A stretch of 64,000 bases of DNA from Nitrospirales bacterium (GCA_965223295.1 CBDCWC010000003.1:576001-640000), one strand, 5' to 3'; shown: positions 29,679-40,350, counted from the first letter of the stretch. Notes: generated from the sequence alone by a model not told the origin. Numbers and translations: made by a program.

Positions 29679-30458
29679 ATGACATCACCCCGTAAAAAAA
29701 CGACAGCACGAGTTAAACCTATTACGCTTGCTATCGATATAGGAGGATCGGGGATCAAAGGCATTCTCCTCAATCCTACTGGAAAGACAATCGGGGACCG
29801 TATTCGAATTCCGACCCCACAACCTTCTACACCACGAGCGGTTTTTACTAGCATTGCCGAACTGGTCAAAGGCCTTGAATCTTTTGACCGTGTTTCAGTG
29901 GGATTTCCCGGAGTTATCCAGCAAGGGCAGGTGAAAACTGCACCAAACCTCGAGCAGTCATGGCCAGGCACCCATCTCATGAAAGAGCTAGAACGACAAC
30001 TCAAAAAGCCAGTCCGTGTGACCAACGATGCCGATGTTCAAGGTTTTGGTGCCATCAAAGGCAAAGGGGTTGAACTGGTCATCACCTTGGGCACAGGATT
30101 CGGCACAGCCCTCTTTGTCAACGGAACCCTGGTACCTAATTTAGAAATTGCTCACCATCCATTTCGCAAGGGCCACACCTATGAAGAAGAATTAGGCGCG
30201 CCAGCGCTCAAAAAAATTGGTAAAAAGAAGTGGAACAAGCGGCTAAGCGAAGCGATAAAGACCTTAGACCGCGTGATCAATTATGACCACCTTTACTTTG
30301 GGGGAGGAAATGGGAAAAAAATTACATTTGACCTCCCAGCAAACGTAACCATTGTCCCAAATGTCGCAGGCCTGTTAGGAGGCATCGCTCTCTGGGCTGA
30401 TACATCTGGAAGTTCAGCGTCAATCACACGTCGACGAAATACCAGAGCCGTGAGGTAA
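29679..30458 (+). CDS. ROK family kinase, polyphosphate glucokinase-like
   Basis: IDIGGSGIKG, VGFPG, NDAD, TLGTGFG, PNLEIAH, GGGN. Confidence 0.85.
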   Translation: MTSPRKKTTARVKPITLAIDIGGSGIKGILLNPTGKTIGDRIRIPTPQPSTPRAVFTSIAELVKGLESFDRVSVGFPGVIQQGQVKTAPNLEQSWPGTHLMKELERQLKKPVRVTNDADVQGFGAIKGKGVELVITLGTGFGTALFVNGTLVPNLEIAHHPFRKGHTYEEELGAPALKKIGKKKWNKRLSEAIKTLDRVINYDHLYFGGGNGKKITFDLPANVTIVPNVAGLLGGIALWADTSGSSASITRRRNTRAVR

Positions 30459-30493
30459 TCTTCTTTCCAATTTTGGTCAGCCATCTAATACAA

Positions 30494-30649
30494 GAGTGTT
30501 GAATCATGAAGATATCAAGGGGGATACTTCGCTAGGAACCTATTGACCATGATAGGGGCCTCGGGTCCGTTCAAAAAAGTCCGCTCGCCTGCGCGAAACC
30601 GCATCGGCGAAGCCAGGGAACGCCACTGACGGATTTTTTCAATAGACCC
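30494..30649. repeat. MITE-like element, subtype 2, with tail (inverted)
   Basis: gagtgttgaatcatgaagatatcaa tail plus gggtccgttcaaaaaagtccgctcgcc...ttttttcaatagaccc. Confidence 0.75.
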
Positions 30650-30733
30650 AAGAGAGATTCTCCATTCACGTCACTTCACTCATCCACTACTTGCATTCTT
30701 GATTAACCCCATAGACAATCTTTGAGAATGAGT

Positions 30734-31123
30734 ATGGTCTCTTATGGATTACCGCAACTCCTTTGGGTAGGGCTAGGTGGATTTCTGGGTTCCATCTGCC
30801 GTTTTATCATGGCCGGAGCATTCAATCGATTCAGCCCGGCTTTCGGGTTTCCTATCGGTACGCTCTCCGTAAACATCCTGGGCTGCTTCCTAATTGGCCT
30901 GCTGCATGGACTCGCAGAAACCCGATCCGTCCTTGGACCAGACATCCGCGTCTTTCTCTTCATTGGCGTCTTAGGCGGATTCACAACCTATTCCACCTTT
31001 GGCTTTGAATCCCTTGCTCTTCTGAAAGACGGCGCCCTCCTTAAAGCCTTCACCAATATCATCTTTCACATTCTTCTTGGTCTCTCTGCTGTGTGGATCG
31101 GCGACACTCTCGGCCGGACGTAA
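30734..31123 (+). CDS. crcB: Fluoride channel Fluc/CrcB
   Basis: GGFLGSICR, FPIGTLSVNILGCFLIG, GVLGGFTTYSTF. Confidence 0.95.
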   Translation: MVSYGLPQLLWVGLGGFLGSICRFIMAGAFNRFSPAFGFPIGTLSVNILGCFLIGLLHGLAETRSVLGPDIRVFLFIGVLGGFTTYSTFGFESLALLKDGALLKAFTNIIFHILLGLSAVWIGDTLGRT

Positions 31124-31140
31124 ACTCCACTATTGACTAC

Positions 31141-31186
31141 ATAAGGGGTCAGACTCGAATTTGTTAATTCGAGTCTGACCCCTTAT
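31141..31186. repeat. Perfect 21-bp-arm palindrome (REP-like / terminator)
   Basis: ataaggggtcagactcgaatt-tgtt-aattcgagtctgaccccttat. Confidence 0.8.
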
Positions 31187-31262
31187 ATTTTATGGCACTT
31201 GGCGAGAAGAGCAGAAACACGGTACAACCATAGGTCTTTTTTTCTTGCCAGCAACTAAATTT

Positions 31263-34085
31263 ATGGTCAAAAAGAAATCCAAGTCCGCACTCCTTCAAGA
31301 TGAACTGATTATTGAAGGGGCTCGGCAGAATAATCTTAAAAATATTTCTCTTCGGATTCCGCACAACGCGGTCACTGTTATCACGGGCGTGTCGGGTTCC
31401 GGGAAATCGTCGTTAGCGTTTGACACACTCTTTGCGGAAGGACAATGGCGCTATGTGGAATCACTGTCTTCTTACACCCGCATGTTTTTAGATCGTGTCA
31501 AGCGGCCAGACGTTGATCGCCTCAGCAATATTCGACCTTCGATTGCCTTAGAACAAAAAAACTCTATTCGCACTTCCCGTTCGACTGTAGGTACCACCAG
31601 TGAAATTTCAGATTATCTACGATTGCTGTTTGCGAAAGTTGGACGCCTTACCTGTCCTGACTGCAAGCTTGAAGCCATTGCCCATTACCCCGCTAGCGTG
31701 GCCCTGGGATTGCTTGACGAGTTTCCCAAACAACGGGTTCTTATATGTTTCCCTAAACCCACGCCTCATCCGGATGCCTTCGAATCCATGAAAACTGGCC
31801 TCTTAAAACAAGGCTTTATTCGCATCGTCATCAACGATCAGGTCATCAACTTGAGCACCGACCATGTTCCCTCTTCCCTGCCATCAGAGCTATTCGTTGT
31901 CGTTGACCGTCTGACTTTAGAGCCGGATTCACGGAGTCGGTTAGTTGAAGCCCTGGAAACAGCATTTCGTGAAAGTGAAGGACAAGCCGTTGCCATCATC
32001 GGACATGCCCAACCCATCGCGTATAGTTCCCATCTCTCTTGTCCCGGATGCAATCAAACCTTCCCTACTCTACGACCCGTTTCTTTTTCTTTTAATCACC
32101 CGCTAGGGGCCTGCCCCGAATGCAAGGGATTCGGCAACATCTTACGCTACGATCAGCAATTGATCATTCCCGACCCTGAAAAATCTTTACAGGATGGCGC
32201 CATTGAACCCTGGACCAAGCCGTCAAATCTGTGGTGGCAAAAAGAAATGCTTAAAGCCTTCAAAAAGAAACGACTCGACCCGACTACACCCTACAATCAA
32301 CTCACCAAAGACGAGCAGGAACTGATTTGGAACGGTGAAGGTCGCATTGAAGGTATTCATGATTTTTTTGAGCACCTGGAAGGGAAGCGCTACAAGATGC
32401 ACGTCCGGGTGTTCTTGAGCCGGTATCGCAGCCCTTCTCTCTGCACCAACTGCCAGGGAACCCGCTTACGGCCTGAAGCGCTGTTGGTAAAAATTCATCA
32501 GTGCCATATTCATGAAGTCTGTGGGTGGTCACTCGCCGATCTTCACACATGGCTCAAATCTTTACCGCTGAGAGAATTTGAAGATGCCATTGCTACCGAT
32601 CTATTGAAAGCATTGCAGTCAAAGCTCTCCTTTCTATTGCGCGTCGGCCTAGACTATCTCACGTTAAACCGGGAAATGCGTACTCTCTCCGGAGGCGAGG
32701 CTCAACGCATTCATCTAGCGACCCAACTCGGCAGTCAACTGGTCGGCACACAATATGTCTTAGATGAACCTACGATTGGCCTTCATGCCAGAGATACCGA
32801 TGCCATGAGCAAGATTTTGCGAGAATTGTCGGAAAGAGGAAACACCGTTATTGTCGTAGAACATGATCCGCAGATCATTCAGCAAGCCGATTATATTGTC
32901 GAGATGGGACCGCAGTCAGGTGATCAAGGTGGACAGGTCGTGTGCGCGGCCCCCTACAAAACCTTTCTCAAGCACCCTCAGGCCCTGACCGCACAATATT
33001 TGCGTGAAAAGCGAACCATTCCCCTTCCTCTGAAACATCGTTTAGGAAACGGAAAGAGCTTACGATTCATTGGTGTACGCGAACAAAATCTTAAAAATCT
33101 CAACGTTAAGATTCCACTTGGGACGCTTATCTGTATCACAGGTCCATCAGGATCAGGAAAAAGCACCTTGGTTGAATCTACCATCTATGCAGCCCTCGCA
33201 CGTTTTTTCAAAATTAGTTCACCTCCGCAACCGCACCTTGAAAACCTGACAGGCACGGAACATCTTCGTACCGTCTGCCTCATTGACCAAGAACCTATCG
33301 GGAAAACTCCGCGTTCCAACCCCATCACCTATCTGAAGGCCTATCAAGACATTCGAACTTTATTTTCGCAATCCCGGGAAGCTCGCGCACATCGACTCAC
33401 CCCCGCACATTTTTCCTTTAATACCGGAAAAGGCCGATGCGCCCAATGCCAGGGGAACGGCTATGAAAAATTAGAAATGTATTTCTTGGCAGATATGTAC
33501 CTACCCTGCGAGCAATGTGAAGGCAAACGATTCAAAGACAAGATTTTACAAGTCCACGTCAAAGGGCATTCTATTCATGACGTACTCAATCTCACCGTCG
33601 ATCAAGCGATTGGCTTTCTCGAAGGTTCCTGTCCTTCAGCCCTCAATGGCTTGCAGATCCTTCAACAACTTGGACTAGGCTATCTCACACTTGGGCAACC
33701 GGCGAACACGCTTTCTGGCGGCGAAACCCAACGGCTCAAGATCGCAAGAGAACTGGCGAATGCCACAAAACGGACGGCCGCAACTCCACGACCCAAGGGC
33801 ACCCTATACATCCTGGATGAACCCACACGAGGCTTACATCTAGAAGACATCACCCATTTACTCGAAGTGTTAAACCAACTGGTCGATGCGGGACATACCG
33901 TGTTAGTCGTGGAACATCATCTCGATATCATCAAATGCGCAGACTGGGTGATTGATCTGGGACCCAGTGGCGGTGAATCCGGCGGCTACATCGTCACGCA
34001 AGGAACCCCGGAAGAAGTAGCAAAAAACCCAAATTCTATTACCGGGAAATACCTGAAATATCTATTCGCTTCAAACAAACAGTAA
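31263..34085 (+). CDS. uvrA: Excinuclease ABC subunit A (UvrA family)
   Basis: Two ABC domains (GVSGSGKSSLAFDTL, GPSGSGKS), LSGGE twice, CxxC zinc fingers. Confidence 0.93.
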   Translation: MVKKKSKSALLQDELIIEGARQNNLKNISLRIPHNAVTVITGVSGSGKSSLAFDTLFAEGQWRYVESLSSYTRMFLDRVKRPDVDRLSNIRPSIALEQKNSIRTSRSTVGTTSEISDYLRLLFAKVGRLTCPDCKLEAIAHYPASVALGLLDEFPKQRVLICFPKPTPHPDAFESMKTGLLKQGFIRIVINDQVINLSTDHVPSSLPSELFVVVDRLTLEPDSRSRLVEALETAFRESEGQAVAIIGHAQPIAYSSHLSCPGCNQTFPTLRPVSFSFNHPLGACPECKGFGNILRYDQQLIIPDPEKSLQDGAIEPWTKPSNLWWQKEMLKAFKKKRLDPTTPYNQLTKDEQELIWNGEGRIEGIHDFFEHLEGKRYKMHVRVFLSRYRSPSLCTNCQGTRLRPEALLVKIHQCHIHEVCGWSLADLHTWLKSLPLREFEDAIATDLLKALQSKLSFLLRVGLDYLTLNREMRTLSGGEAQRIHLATQLGSQLVGTQYVLDEPTIGLHARDTDAMSKILRELSERGNTVIVVEHDPQIIQQADYIVEMGPQSGDQGGQVVCAAPYKTFLKHPQALTAQYLREKRTIPLPLKHRLGNGKSLRFIGVREQNLKNLNVKIPLGTLICITGPSGSGKSTLVESTIYAALARFFKISSPPQPHLENLTGTEHLRTVCLIDQEPIGKTPRSNPITYLKAYQDIRTLFSQSREARAHRLTPAHFSFNTGKGRCAQCQGNGYEKLEMYFLADMYLPCEQCEGKRFKDKILQVHVKGHSIHDVLNLTVDQAIGFLEGSCPSALNGLQILQQLGLGYLTLGQPANTLSGGETQRLKIARELANATKRTAATPRPKGTLYILDEPTRGLHLEDITHLLEVLNQLVDAGHTVLVVEHHLDIIKCADWVIDLGPSGGESGGYIVTQGTPEEVAKNPNSITGKYLKYLFASNKQ

Positions 34086-34701
34086 ACATAAATGAACGGG
34101 ATACGAGGCTAGAAAAAGCTGCCTCCTTTTCCCATGTCCACCCGTTATTTTTGTTTTTTTGTTTTGATTTTTCGGTTTTAACAACCTCCCATTTTTCTAT
34201 GTACTTTTTACTTGGATTTCCCCATCCTAGTCGGATAAGAGCCACAAGAAAACATACTCCAGAAAAAAGTAACAATTTAAAATGCTGGTTTTCATGGTTT
34301 TCAATTACTACAGAATAGCGTATAGAACAGGGAATAACTAATGAAAAGATGCCTAATCCACCGTATACCAGGAGGACCATAATATTTAGGTTGAACCAAG
34401 CACTCTCAGACATTGGCGCCAGACGCGATTCCCATCCACCATTTTCTTCATGAAATACGCGTAAATAGGTGGCTATTTTTGCATTTGCTCTTCCCGCATA
34501 CCATGTTAATACAGCCATTGAGCTGAGGAATAACCACAAGAGTGAAGTAATTAATGACCATTCGACTACAGCCGTATTTTTCTGGACTGCGTCAAGACCT
34601 AATATTGCAGAAACAAACGTAATACTTGCAGTTAGAATCATGAAACGCCGATTCTGCCATGCAAGGATTTCCTCTCGAAGACTTTCATACTCTGAAGACA
34701 C
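34039..34701 (-). CDS. AT-rich hypothetical membrane protein (cassette-like)
   Basis: GTG start with GAAGGAG RBS; about 4 TM helices; lower GC than neighbours; 3' end overlaps uvrA. Confidence 0.6.
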   Translation of the reverse strand: MSSEYESLREEILAWQNRRFMILTASITFVSAILGLDAVQKNTAVVEWSLITSLLWLFLSSMAVLTWYAGRANAKIATYLRVFHEENGGWESRLAPMSESAWFNLNIMVLLVYGGLGIFSLVIPCSIRYSVVIENHENQHFKLLLFSGVCFLVALIRLGWGNPSKKYIEKWEVVKTEKSKQKNKNNGWTWEKEAAFSSLVSRSFMFTVCLKRIDISGISR

Positions 34702-34878
34702 AAGACTGCTCCTTCAATCAAAATCTGAGTGCATAATAAACTTTTGGCCGAACCGCATAAAAGACAGACCTACCCATGTCACACGCCTAGGAACTTTCAA
34801 AAAAAAGACATGATCGCAGGATTATGAGGTCTTACGCGGATCCCCTATCAACCCATTCACATCGCGTCCAGCAGACGC

Positions 34879-35006
34879 CTATTTGCTCCGGTTGAGGATA
34901 TAGATGTAGATCATTGTGGTATTGACATCTAGACTGCTGAACGATCTCTGAATAGTTCGAAGCTCATCCCTGTCTTCGAGCAAGTGGGTGGCGAACGAAT
35001 TCGGAA
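34879..35006 (-). pseudogene. Integron-integrase (tyrosine recombinase) C-terminal remnant
   Basis: FR(frameshift)SFATHLLEDRDELRTIQRSFSSLDVNTTMIYIYILNRSK* resembles the IntI motif RHSFATHLLE.GYDIRT.QELLGH.DV.TTMIYTHVLNR. Confidence 0.75.
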
Positions 35007-35114
35007 GTCTAGGAATCCTGGACTAAAGGCTTAAATAAGTCAAGAAATTTGAGAGCCAGCTAGAAGTGCCATTTTCACTAACAATATCTTGGTTCACAAC
35101 AACATCCGATGATC

Positions 35115-35580
35115 GACCGCTAGACCCAACGCAAGGAGAAAAATTGGCAGAATTCTCATGTAGGTGCACACATGATTCCACTGCTACCACTTTTTTCGGT
35201 AGAAGAGCCAAGGCTCTGCCGATTCACTTTTGGCCGTTTCGGCCAATCTACTATTGAGGGGTACATTGAAAAGCATTGTAATCCCAAACGGACCCAACAG
35301 ATAGATCACTGCACACGCGAAAAAAACACGCGCCCAAGTAAGCTGAGTTTGAGTACCAATAGGCCCGCAACAATTAGACACAGAATCAGATTCTCCATAA
35401 AGAAGATGAATAATATGAGATTGATGATCGTTTCACTAATCCGCTGCATAGCGAACATGCCATATTACGTCTGCAGGTCATCCAACGCACGCATCACGAA
35501 ATTAGAGAACGCAAACAACAATCCAGTCACCACCCCTGAGAATCCGTAATAGCGATGACGACGATGAATGGAAGATATTC
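35115..35580 (-). pseudogene. DUF1772/anthrone oxygenase family membrane protein, disrupted
   Basis: Pieces GVVTGLLFAFSNFVMRALDDL, GMFAMQRISETIIN and YLLGPFGITMLFNVPLNSRLA in broken frames with an internal stop. Confidence 0.7.
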
Positions 35581-35843
35581 GTTCGTTGAATTAAAAGCTA
35601 GGGAAGAATTTGGAATTTTTGTTACTAGCAACCAACGCAGTGGTTACCGAAAACAGGACATCGCCTCACACTGTCGCACTCAAAACCGAGGGGATCATTG
35701 ATTGATACAGGAAAAATTCTTCATTAAGGGCTGAAAGAAGTCAAGATTGATGCGACCACCTTGGTTGATTTGGTATCGTTTCCCTTCCTGAACAAGAACA
35801 TTCAATTTCCCCTCTCTCGTTTAGCTCAAAGGAGTCACAAGTC

Positions 35844-38294
35844 ATGTCGGATTTTGAAAAGCTGGGGACGTTCTATTTAGGGCGGCCGTATGACCTGGCC
35901 AACAAAACCGCTAAGCCCGGCTTGCTCTTATATGACTCCAAGGATTTGGTGACCCATGCAGTCTGTGTAGGCATGACGGGCAGCGGCAAAACTGGCCTGT
36001 GTATTGGCTTGTTGGAAGAAGCGGCCATCGACAATATTCCGGCGATCATTATTGACCCTAAGGGTGATATCGCAAATCTTCTTCTGACATTTCCGGACTT
36101 AACCGGAAGCGATTTTCTTCCCTGGATCAACCCTGATGACGCCCAGAAAAAAGAACTCACGCCCGAAGCCTACGCGAACAAGGAGGCCGCGAAATGGAAA
36201 GCGGGACTTGAGTCTTGGGGACAAGATGGCGCCAGAATCGCACGCCTTCGAGAAGCTACGGACTTTTTGGTCTATACGCCTGGGAGCACAGCGGGACTTT
36301 CGGTTTCCATTCTCCAATCGTTTTCGGTGCCTTCTCCTAAAATTTTTGAAGATGCCGAACTCCTGGGCGAACGCGTGGCCACGACAGCCACCAGTTTACT
36401 CAATCTCATTGGCGTAGATGCTGATCCCTTGCAAAGCCCTGAACATATTCTGCTGGCCAATATTTTGAAGACCTCCTGGGAAGCTGGACAAGACCTGACG
36501 CTCTCTTCGTTGATCCAATCTATTCAATCTCCACCTTTTTCTAAGTTAGGTGTGATGGACTTGGAGTCGGTGTTCCCCTCAAAAGATCGATTTGCCCTGG
36601 CTATGCGGTTTAACAATTTATTAGGCGCTCCCGGGTTTTCTGCCTGGCTGGAAGGGCAGCCATTGGACATCGATCAGATTCTGTATTCGCCAAGCGGGAA
36701 GCCTCGTATCGCAATTTTTTCTATCGCACATTTGAATGACACGGAACGGATGTTTTTTGTGAGTCTACTCCTCACACAAATGGTGAGTTGGATGCGCACA
36801 CAATCTGGCACGACGAGTCTTCGGGCCCTTCTCTATATGGATGAAGTCTTTGGCTTTTTTCCTCCCACGAAAAATCCACCATCGAAGACTCCGATGCTCA
36901 CAATGCTAAAGCAAGCCCGCGCCTATGGCTTGGGAGTCGTGTTGGCAACACAAAACCCAGTGGACCTGGATTACAAAGGCTTGGGGAATACAGGAACGTG
37001 GTTTATTGGCCGCCTACAAACTGACCGGGATATGGCCCGCGTGCTGGATGGATTAGAGGGTGTAGCGGCCAGCATTGATGGGACTTTTAATCGTCAACAT
37101 ATGGAACAGACTATCGCTGGCCTTGGCAACCGAGTCTTTCTGATGAATAACGTGCATGACGATGGACCGGAAATCTTTGAGACCCGTTGGGTCTTATCCT
37201 ACTTACGAGGGCCATTGACGCGTACACAGATCAAGACCTTGATGGACCCCGTGAAATCCAAGACCATTGAGGAGACAGAGACAGCTACTCAAAAAGGTCT
37301 ACCACCTCAGTCCTTCTCAGCTTCAACTGTAGGAGTCACGAGCCAGCGCCCAGCCTTGCCTCCTGAAATTTCTCAATATTTCCTACCAATCCGTGGCTCA
37401 CGGCCTACAAATTCGAACTTGATCTATGAACCCCGATTATTGGCATCGGCCGAAGTCCACTTTTTGGATGGACGAAGGAAAATTGATGAGTCTCGAGACC
37501 TAACTGTTCTTCTTCCCATCACCAATGACGCAACCCCCGTGGATTGGGATGACGCGACGAATACGGACCTTTTCCCTGATGACCTTGAACGCACTCAAGA
37601 AAAAGGGGGGATTTTTGGGGAATTGCCTGCTCCAGCTAACCAAGTCAAACATTATAAGAAATGGCAGAAGGACTGTATCACCTGGATCTACCGCAACCAA
37701 ACACTCCAGATTTGGAAAAATCCGGCCTTGAAAGTAACCTCGCAATCTGGCGAATCTGAGCGAGACTTTCGGCTTCGCGTTCAACAACTTATGCGTGAAA
37801 CACGAGATGCGAAAACCGAAACCTTGCGGAAAAAGTATGCAAAAAAAATGTCTCGACTGGAAGACCGCATCCGCCGTGCCGAACAAGCTGTGGAACGTGA
37901 AGAGGAGCAAGCCACACAACAAAAATTCCGAACCGTCATTTCCTTAGGCGCCACCGTTCTTTCGGCGTTTTTAGGAAGAAAGGCCGTCAGTCGTTCATCC
38001 ATGGGTAAAGCGGCCAGCACAATCCGCGGCCTCAGTCGCTCACGCAAAGAGAGTCAGGATATCAATCGCGCGGAAGAAAATGTCGAGGCTCTTAAACAAC
38101 AATTAGCGGATCTAGAACTCGAACTCGCACAAGAAACGGAAGAATTAGCTTCTGAATTACAGACTCAATCCGAAACATTGGAATCCATTGCCATCCGGCC
38201 AAAGAAATCAAACATCACCGTAAAACTTTTTGGATTAGGCTGGGTCCCTCATTGGCAAGATTCGCAAGGACAACAAATGCCCGCCTGGAAGTAA
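35844..38294 (+). CDS. HerA/FtsK-like P-loop ATPase (DUF87/DUF853-like) with C-terminal coiled coil
   Basis: HAVCVGMTGSGKTG, IIDPKGD, LYMDE, KQARAYG, LATQNPVDLDYK. Confidence 0.85.
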   Translation: MSDFEKLGTFYLGRPYDLANKTAKPGLLLYDSKDLVTHAVCVGMTGSGKTGLCIGLLEEAAIDNIPAIIIDPKGDIANLLLTFPDLTGSDFLPWINPDDAQKKELTPEAYANKEAAKWKAGLESWGQDGARIARLREATDFLVYTPGSTAGLSVSILQSFSVPSPKIFEDAELLGERVATTATSLLNLIGVDADPLQSPEHILLANILKTSWEAGQDLTLSSLIQSIQSPPFSKLGVMDLESVFPSKDRFALAMRFNNLLGAPGFSAWLEGQPLDIDQILYSPSGKPRIAIFSIAHLNDTERMFFVSLLLTQMVSWMRTQSGTTSLRALLYMDEVFGFFPPTKNPPSKTPMLTMLKQARAYGLGVVLATQNPVDLDYKGLGNTGTWFIGRLQTDRDMARVLDGLEGVAASIDGTFNRQHMEQTIAGLGNRVFLMNNVHDDGPEIFETRWVLSYLRGPLTRTQIKTLMDPVKSKTIEETETATQKGLPPQSFSASTVGVTSQRPALPPEISQYFLPIRGSRPTNSNLIYEPRLLASAEVHFLDGRRKIDESRDLTVLLPITNDATPVDWDDATNTDLFPDDLERTQEKGGIFGELPAPANQVKHYKKWQKDCITWIYRNQTLQIWKNPALKVTSQSGESERDFRLRVQQLMRETRDAKTETLRKKYAKKMSRLEDRIRRAEQAVEREEEQATQQKFRTVISLGATVLSAFLGRKAVSRSSMGKAASTIRGLSRSRKESQDINRAEENVEALKQQLADLELELAQETEELASELQTQSETLESIAIRPKKSNITVKLFGLGWVPHWQDSQGQQMPAWK

Positions 38295-38497
38295 TCATTT
38301 CGCGAATCGCGAACTCCAGAGAAAGACCCTATTTTTTTCTCTGCCCCTTTCCTTTGAGACCATAATCCCGTATCGTATTTCACATACTGCCTAGAAACTA
38401 TTTCTAGTCGGGCTCAAACTCCCTCTCCATTCCGTCAGCATGGAATTCAGACCTCATGTCAGGCGGTTCATCATTCTCTTCAATCGGAGGTATTGCT

Positions 38498-38926
38498 ATG
38501 GAACTCATTCAGCAACTTGTTAGTAGCTTAGGCGTCAATGAAGATCAAGCGAAGGGCGGAGCAGGGCTTCTCTTCAATTTAGCCAAAGAAAAGTTAGGTG
38601 ACGGGGATTTTCAACAAATCGCCAATGCAATCCCTGGGGTGAGCGACCTCTTGGGTGCAGCACCGGCCCCCTCCACCGCAGCTTCTGCAGGTGAAGGCAT
38701 CATGGGCGCACTGGGTGGTGCCGCAGCGGCCTTAGGAGCTGGGGACTTAGGCGACAAAATGGAAGGCCTCGGCAATCTGGCTAATTTAGCGAGCGGGTTT
38801 TCACAACTGGGCCTAAGCTCCGACATGGTTGGGAAGTTTGCTCCTATCGTCTTATCCTTTGTCCAAAATCAGGGCGGCGACGGAATCAAAGGCCTATTGG
38901 AAAAAGTCCTCAGCCCTTCAGCATGA
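38498..38926 (+). CDS. DUF2780 family protein
   Basis: MELIQQLVSSLGVNEDQAKGGAG, FSQLGLSSDMVGKF; GGAGG RBS. Confidence 0.8.
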   Translation: MELIQQLVSSLGVNEDQAKGGAGLLFNLAKEKLGDGDFQQIANAIPGVSDLLGAAPAPSTAASAGEGIMGALGGAAAALGAGDLGDKMEGLGNLANLASGFSQLGLSSDMVGKFAPIVLSFVQNQGGDGIKGLLEKVLSPSA

Positions 38927-38990
38927 CATGTCGGGGCTTGGCTCTCTTGATCGCGTGATCCCAGTATATTTATTCAACCCGGCATAAAGG

Positions 38991-39692
38991 ATGGTAAAGA
39001 TGGATACTCAGTTTTCTCGAAAACGAATCAGCCCTGTGGCTTCGCTCTTTTTGTGTGCATTGATCATAGCTGGGACTGGTTCCTTAATGGGTTGCCAAAC
39101 AGCTTATTATGCAGGTATGGAAAAAATTGGCTACCATAAACGTGATCTGATGGTCAGCGATGTAGAGAAGGCTCGTGACGCACAGCAGGAAGCCAAAGAA
39201 CAATTCAAATCTGCGCTGGATCGGTTCACAACCGTTCTCAGTGTGAAAGGCGGAGAACTTCAAGAAAAGTACGATACGTTAAATGCGGAATACGAACGGA
39301 GCGAAGCCAAGGCCCAAGCCGTTCGAAATCGAATCGACTCGGTTGAAGATGTCTCTCAAGCCCTCTTTGCCGAATGGGAGGCCGAACTCAAGGAATACTC
39401 TAGCGCAAGTTTACGGCGAGACAGCCAAACCAAGCTTACCCGGACCCGCACACAATATGCCAAACTGATTAAAGCCATGAAGCGGGCAGAAAGTAAAATG
39501 GATCCTGTCCTCGGAAAATTTAAGGACCAGGTCCTCTATCTGAAACATAATCTCAATGCCCAGGCCCTTGCGTCACTCAAAGGGGAACTGGGCGCAGTGG
39601 AAAGTAATATCAATCTCTTGATTAAAGAAATGGAAACCTCCATTCAACAAGCCAACGCCTTTATTTCTACAATGAATAAAGGCAACTCATAA
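38991..39692 (+). CDS. DUF2959 family lipoprotein
   Basis: Lipobox LMGC, YYAGMEKIGYHKRD, DQVLYLKHNLNAQA. Confidence 0.85.
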   Translation: MVKMDTQFSRKRISPVASLFLCALIIAGTGSLMGCQTAYYAGMEKIGYHKRDLMVSDVEKARDAQQEAKEQFKSALDRFTTVLSVKGGELQEKYDTLNAEYERSEAKAQAVRNRIDSVEDVSQALFAEWEAELKEYSSASLRRDSQTKLTRTRTQYAKLIKAMKRAESKMDPVLGKFKDQVLYLKHNLNAQALASLKGELGAVESNINLLIKEMETSIQQANAFISTMNKGNS

Positions 39693-39723
39693 ATCCACGT
39701 TCCCATCAGAGAGGAGCAACACC

Positions 39724-39975
39724 ATGGGTATTATTTCCTGGATTGTGTTTGGTTTAGTGGCGGGGTTCTTAGCAAAGTTTATTATGCCCGGGAAAGACCC
39801 CGGCGGGATTATTATCACGATTCTCATCGGACTGGTCGGCGGTGTCATTGGAGGATTTATCGGCACAACGCTCGGTTGGGGTGATGTGAACGGATTTGAT
39901 ATTCGAAGCCTCGGCTTGGCAATCGTCGGCGCCTGCATCTTATTATTTGGTTATCGAAAAATAAAAGGGGCTTAG
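39724..39975 (+). CDS. GlsB/YeaQ/YmgE stress response membrane protein
   Basis: MGIISWIVFGLVAGFLAKFIMPGKDPGG. Confidence 0.92.
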   Translation: MGIISWIVFGLVAGFLAKFIMPGKDPGGIIITILIGLVGGVIGGFIGTTLGWGDVNGFDIRSLGLAIVGACILLFGYRKIKGA

Positions 39976-40082
39976 CCGTACGATGTTTTATGAACGGTAG
40001 GTTCACCCTCATCCTTACCTTCTCCCTCAAGGAGAAAAGATCTTAAGAGCCTCCAATTGATAGCTCAGAGCCTCTAGTCACT

Positions 40083-40120
40083 GAAGCCTCCTGTTTCTCT
40101 TTCATAGAACAGGGGGCTTT
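40083..40120 (+). terminator. Hairpin terminator
   Basis: aagcctcctgtttct...agaacagggggcttt. Confidence 0.5.
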
Positions 40121-40175
40121 CAGCTTACTCTTTCCAACCCCACCTCGCCTCGTTCTCCCTACCTGTGCCTCCTGA

Positions 40176-40350
40176 GAGTCTGTTGAAAAAAGCCACCAGC
40201 GGCGGTCCCTGCCTTCGCCGGGCCTACTTCGCCACAGTGGCTACGATGGCTGGAAGCGGCTTCTGGCATGCGAGCGTTTTTGAACAGACGATCGCCAAGG
40301 GCTTCATGGCGAAATATGGCCTTTGCTATCTTCATGATTCAACACTCCCC
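40176..40350. repeat. MITE-like element, subtype 2, with tail
   Basis: gagtctgttgaaaaaagcc...gccttcgccgggcctacttcgccacagtggctacg...tttttgaacagac plus tail ending ttcaacactcccc; near-identical core at 62022. Confidence 0.85.

Noticed and set aside
30650-30733. Fluoride riboswitch upstream of crcB
   Set aside because: No GGCGATGG..TCGCC core; the upstream structure is a MITE.
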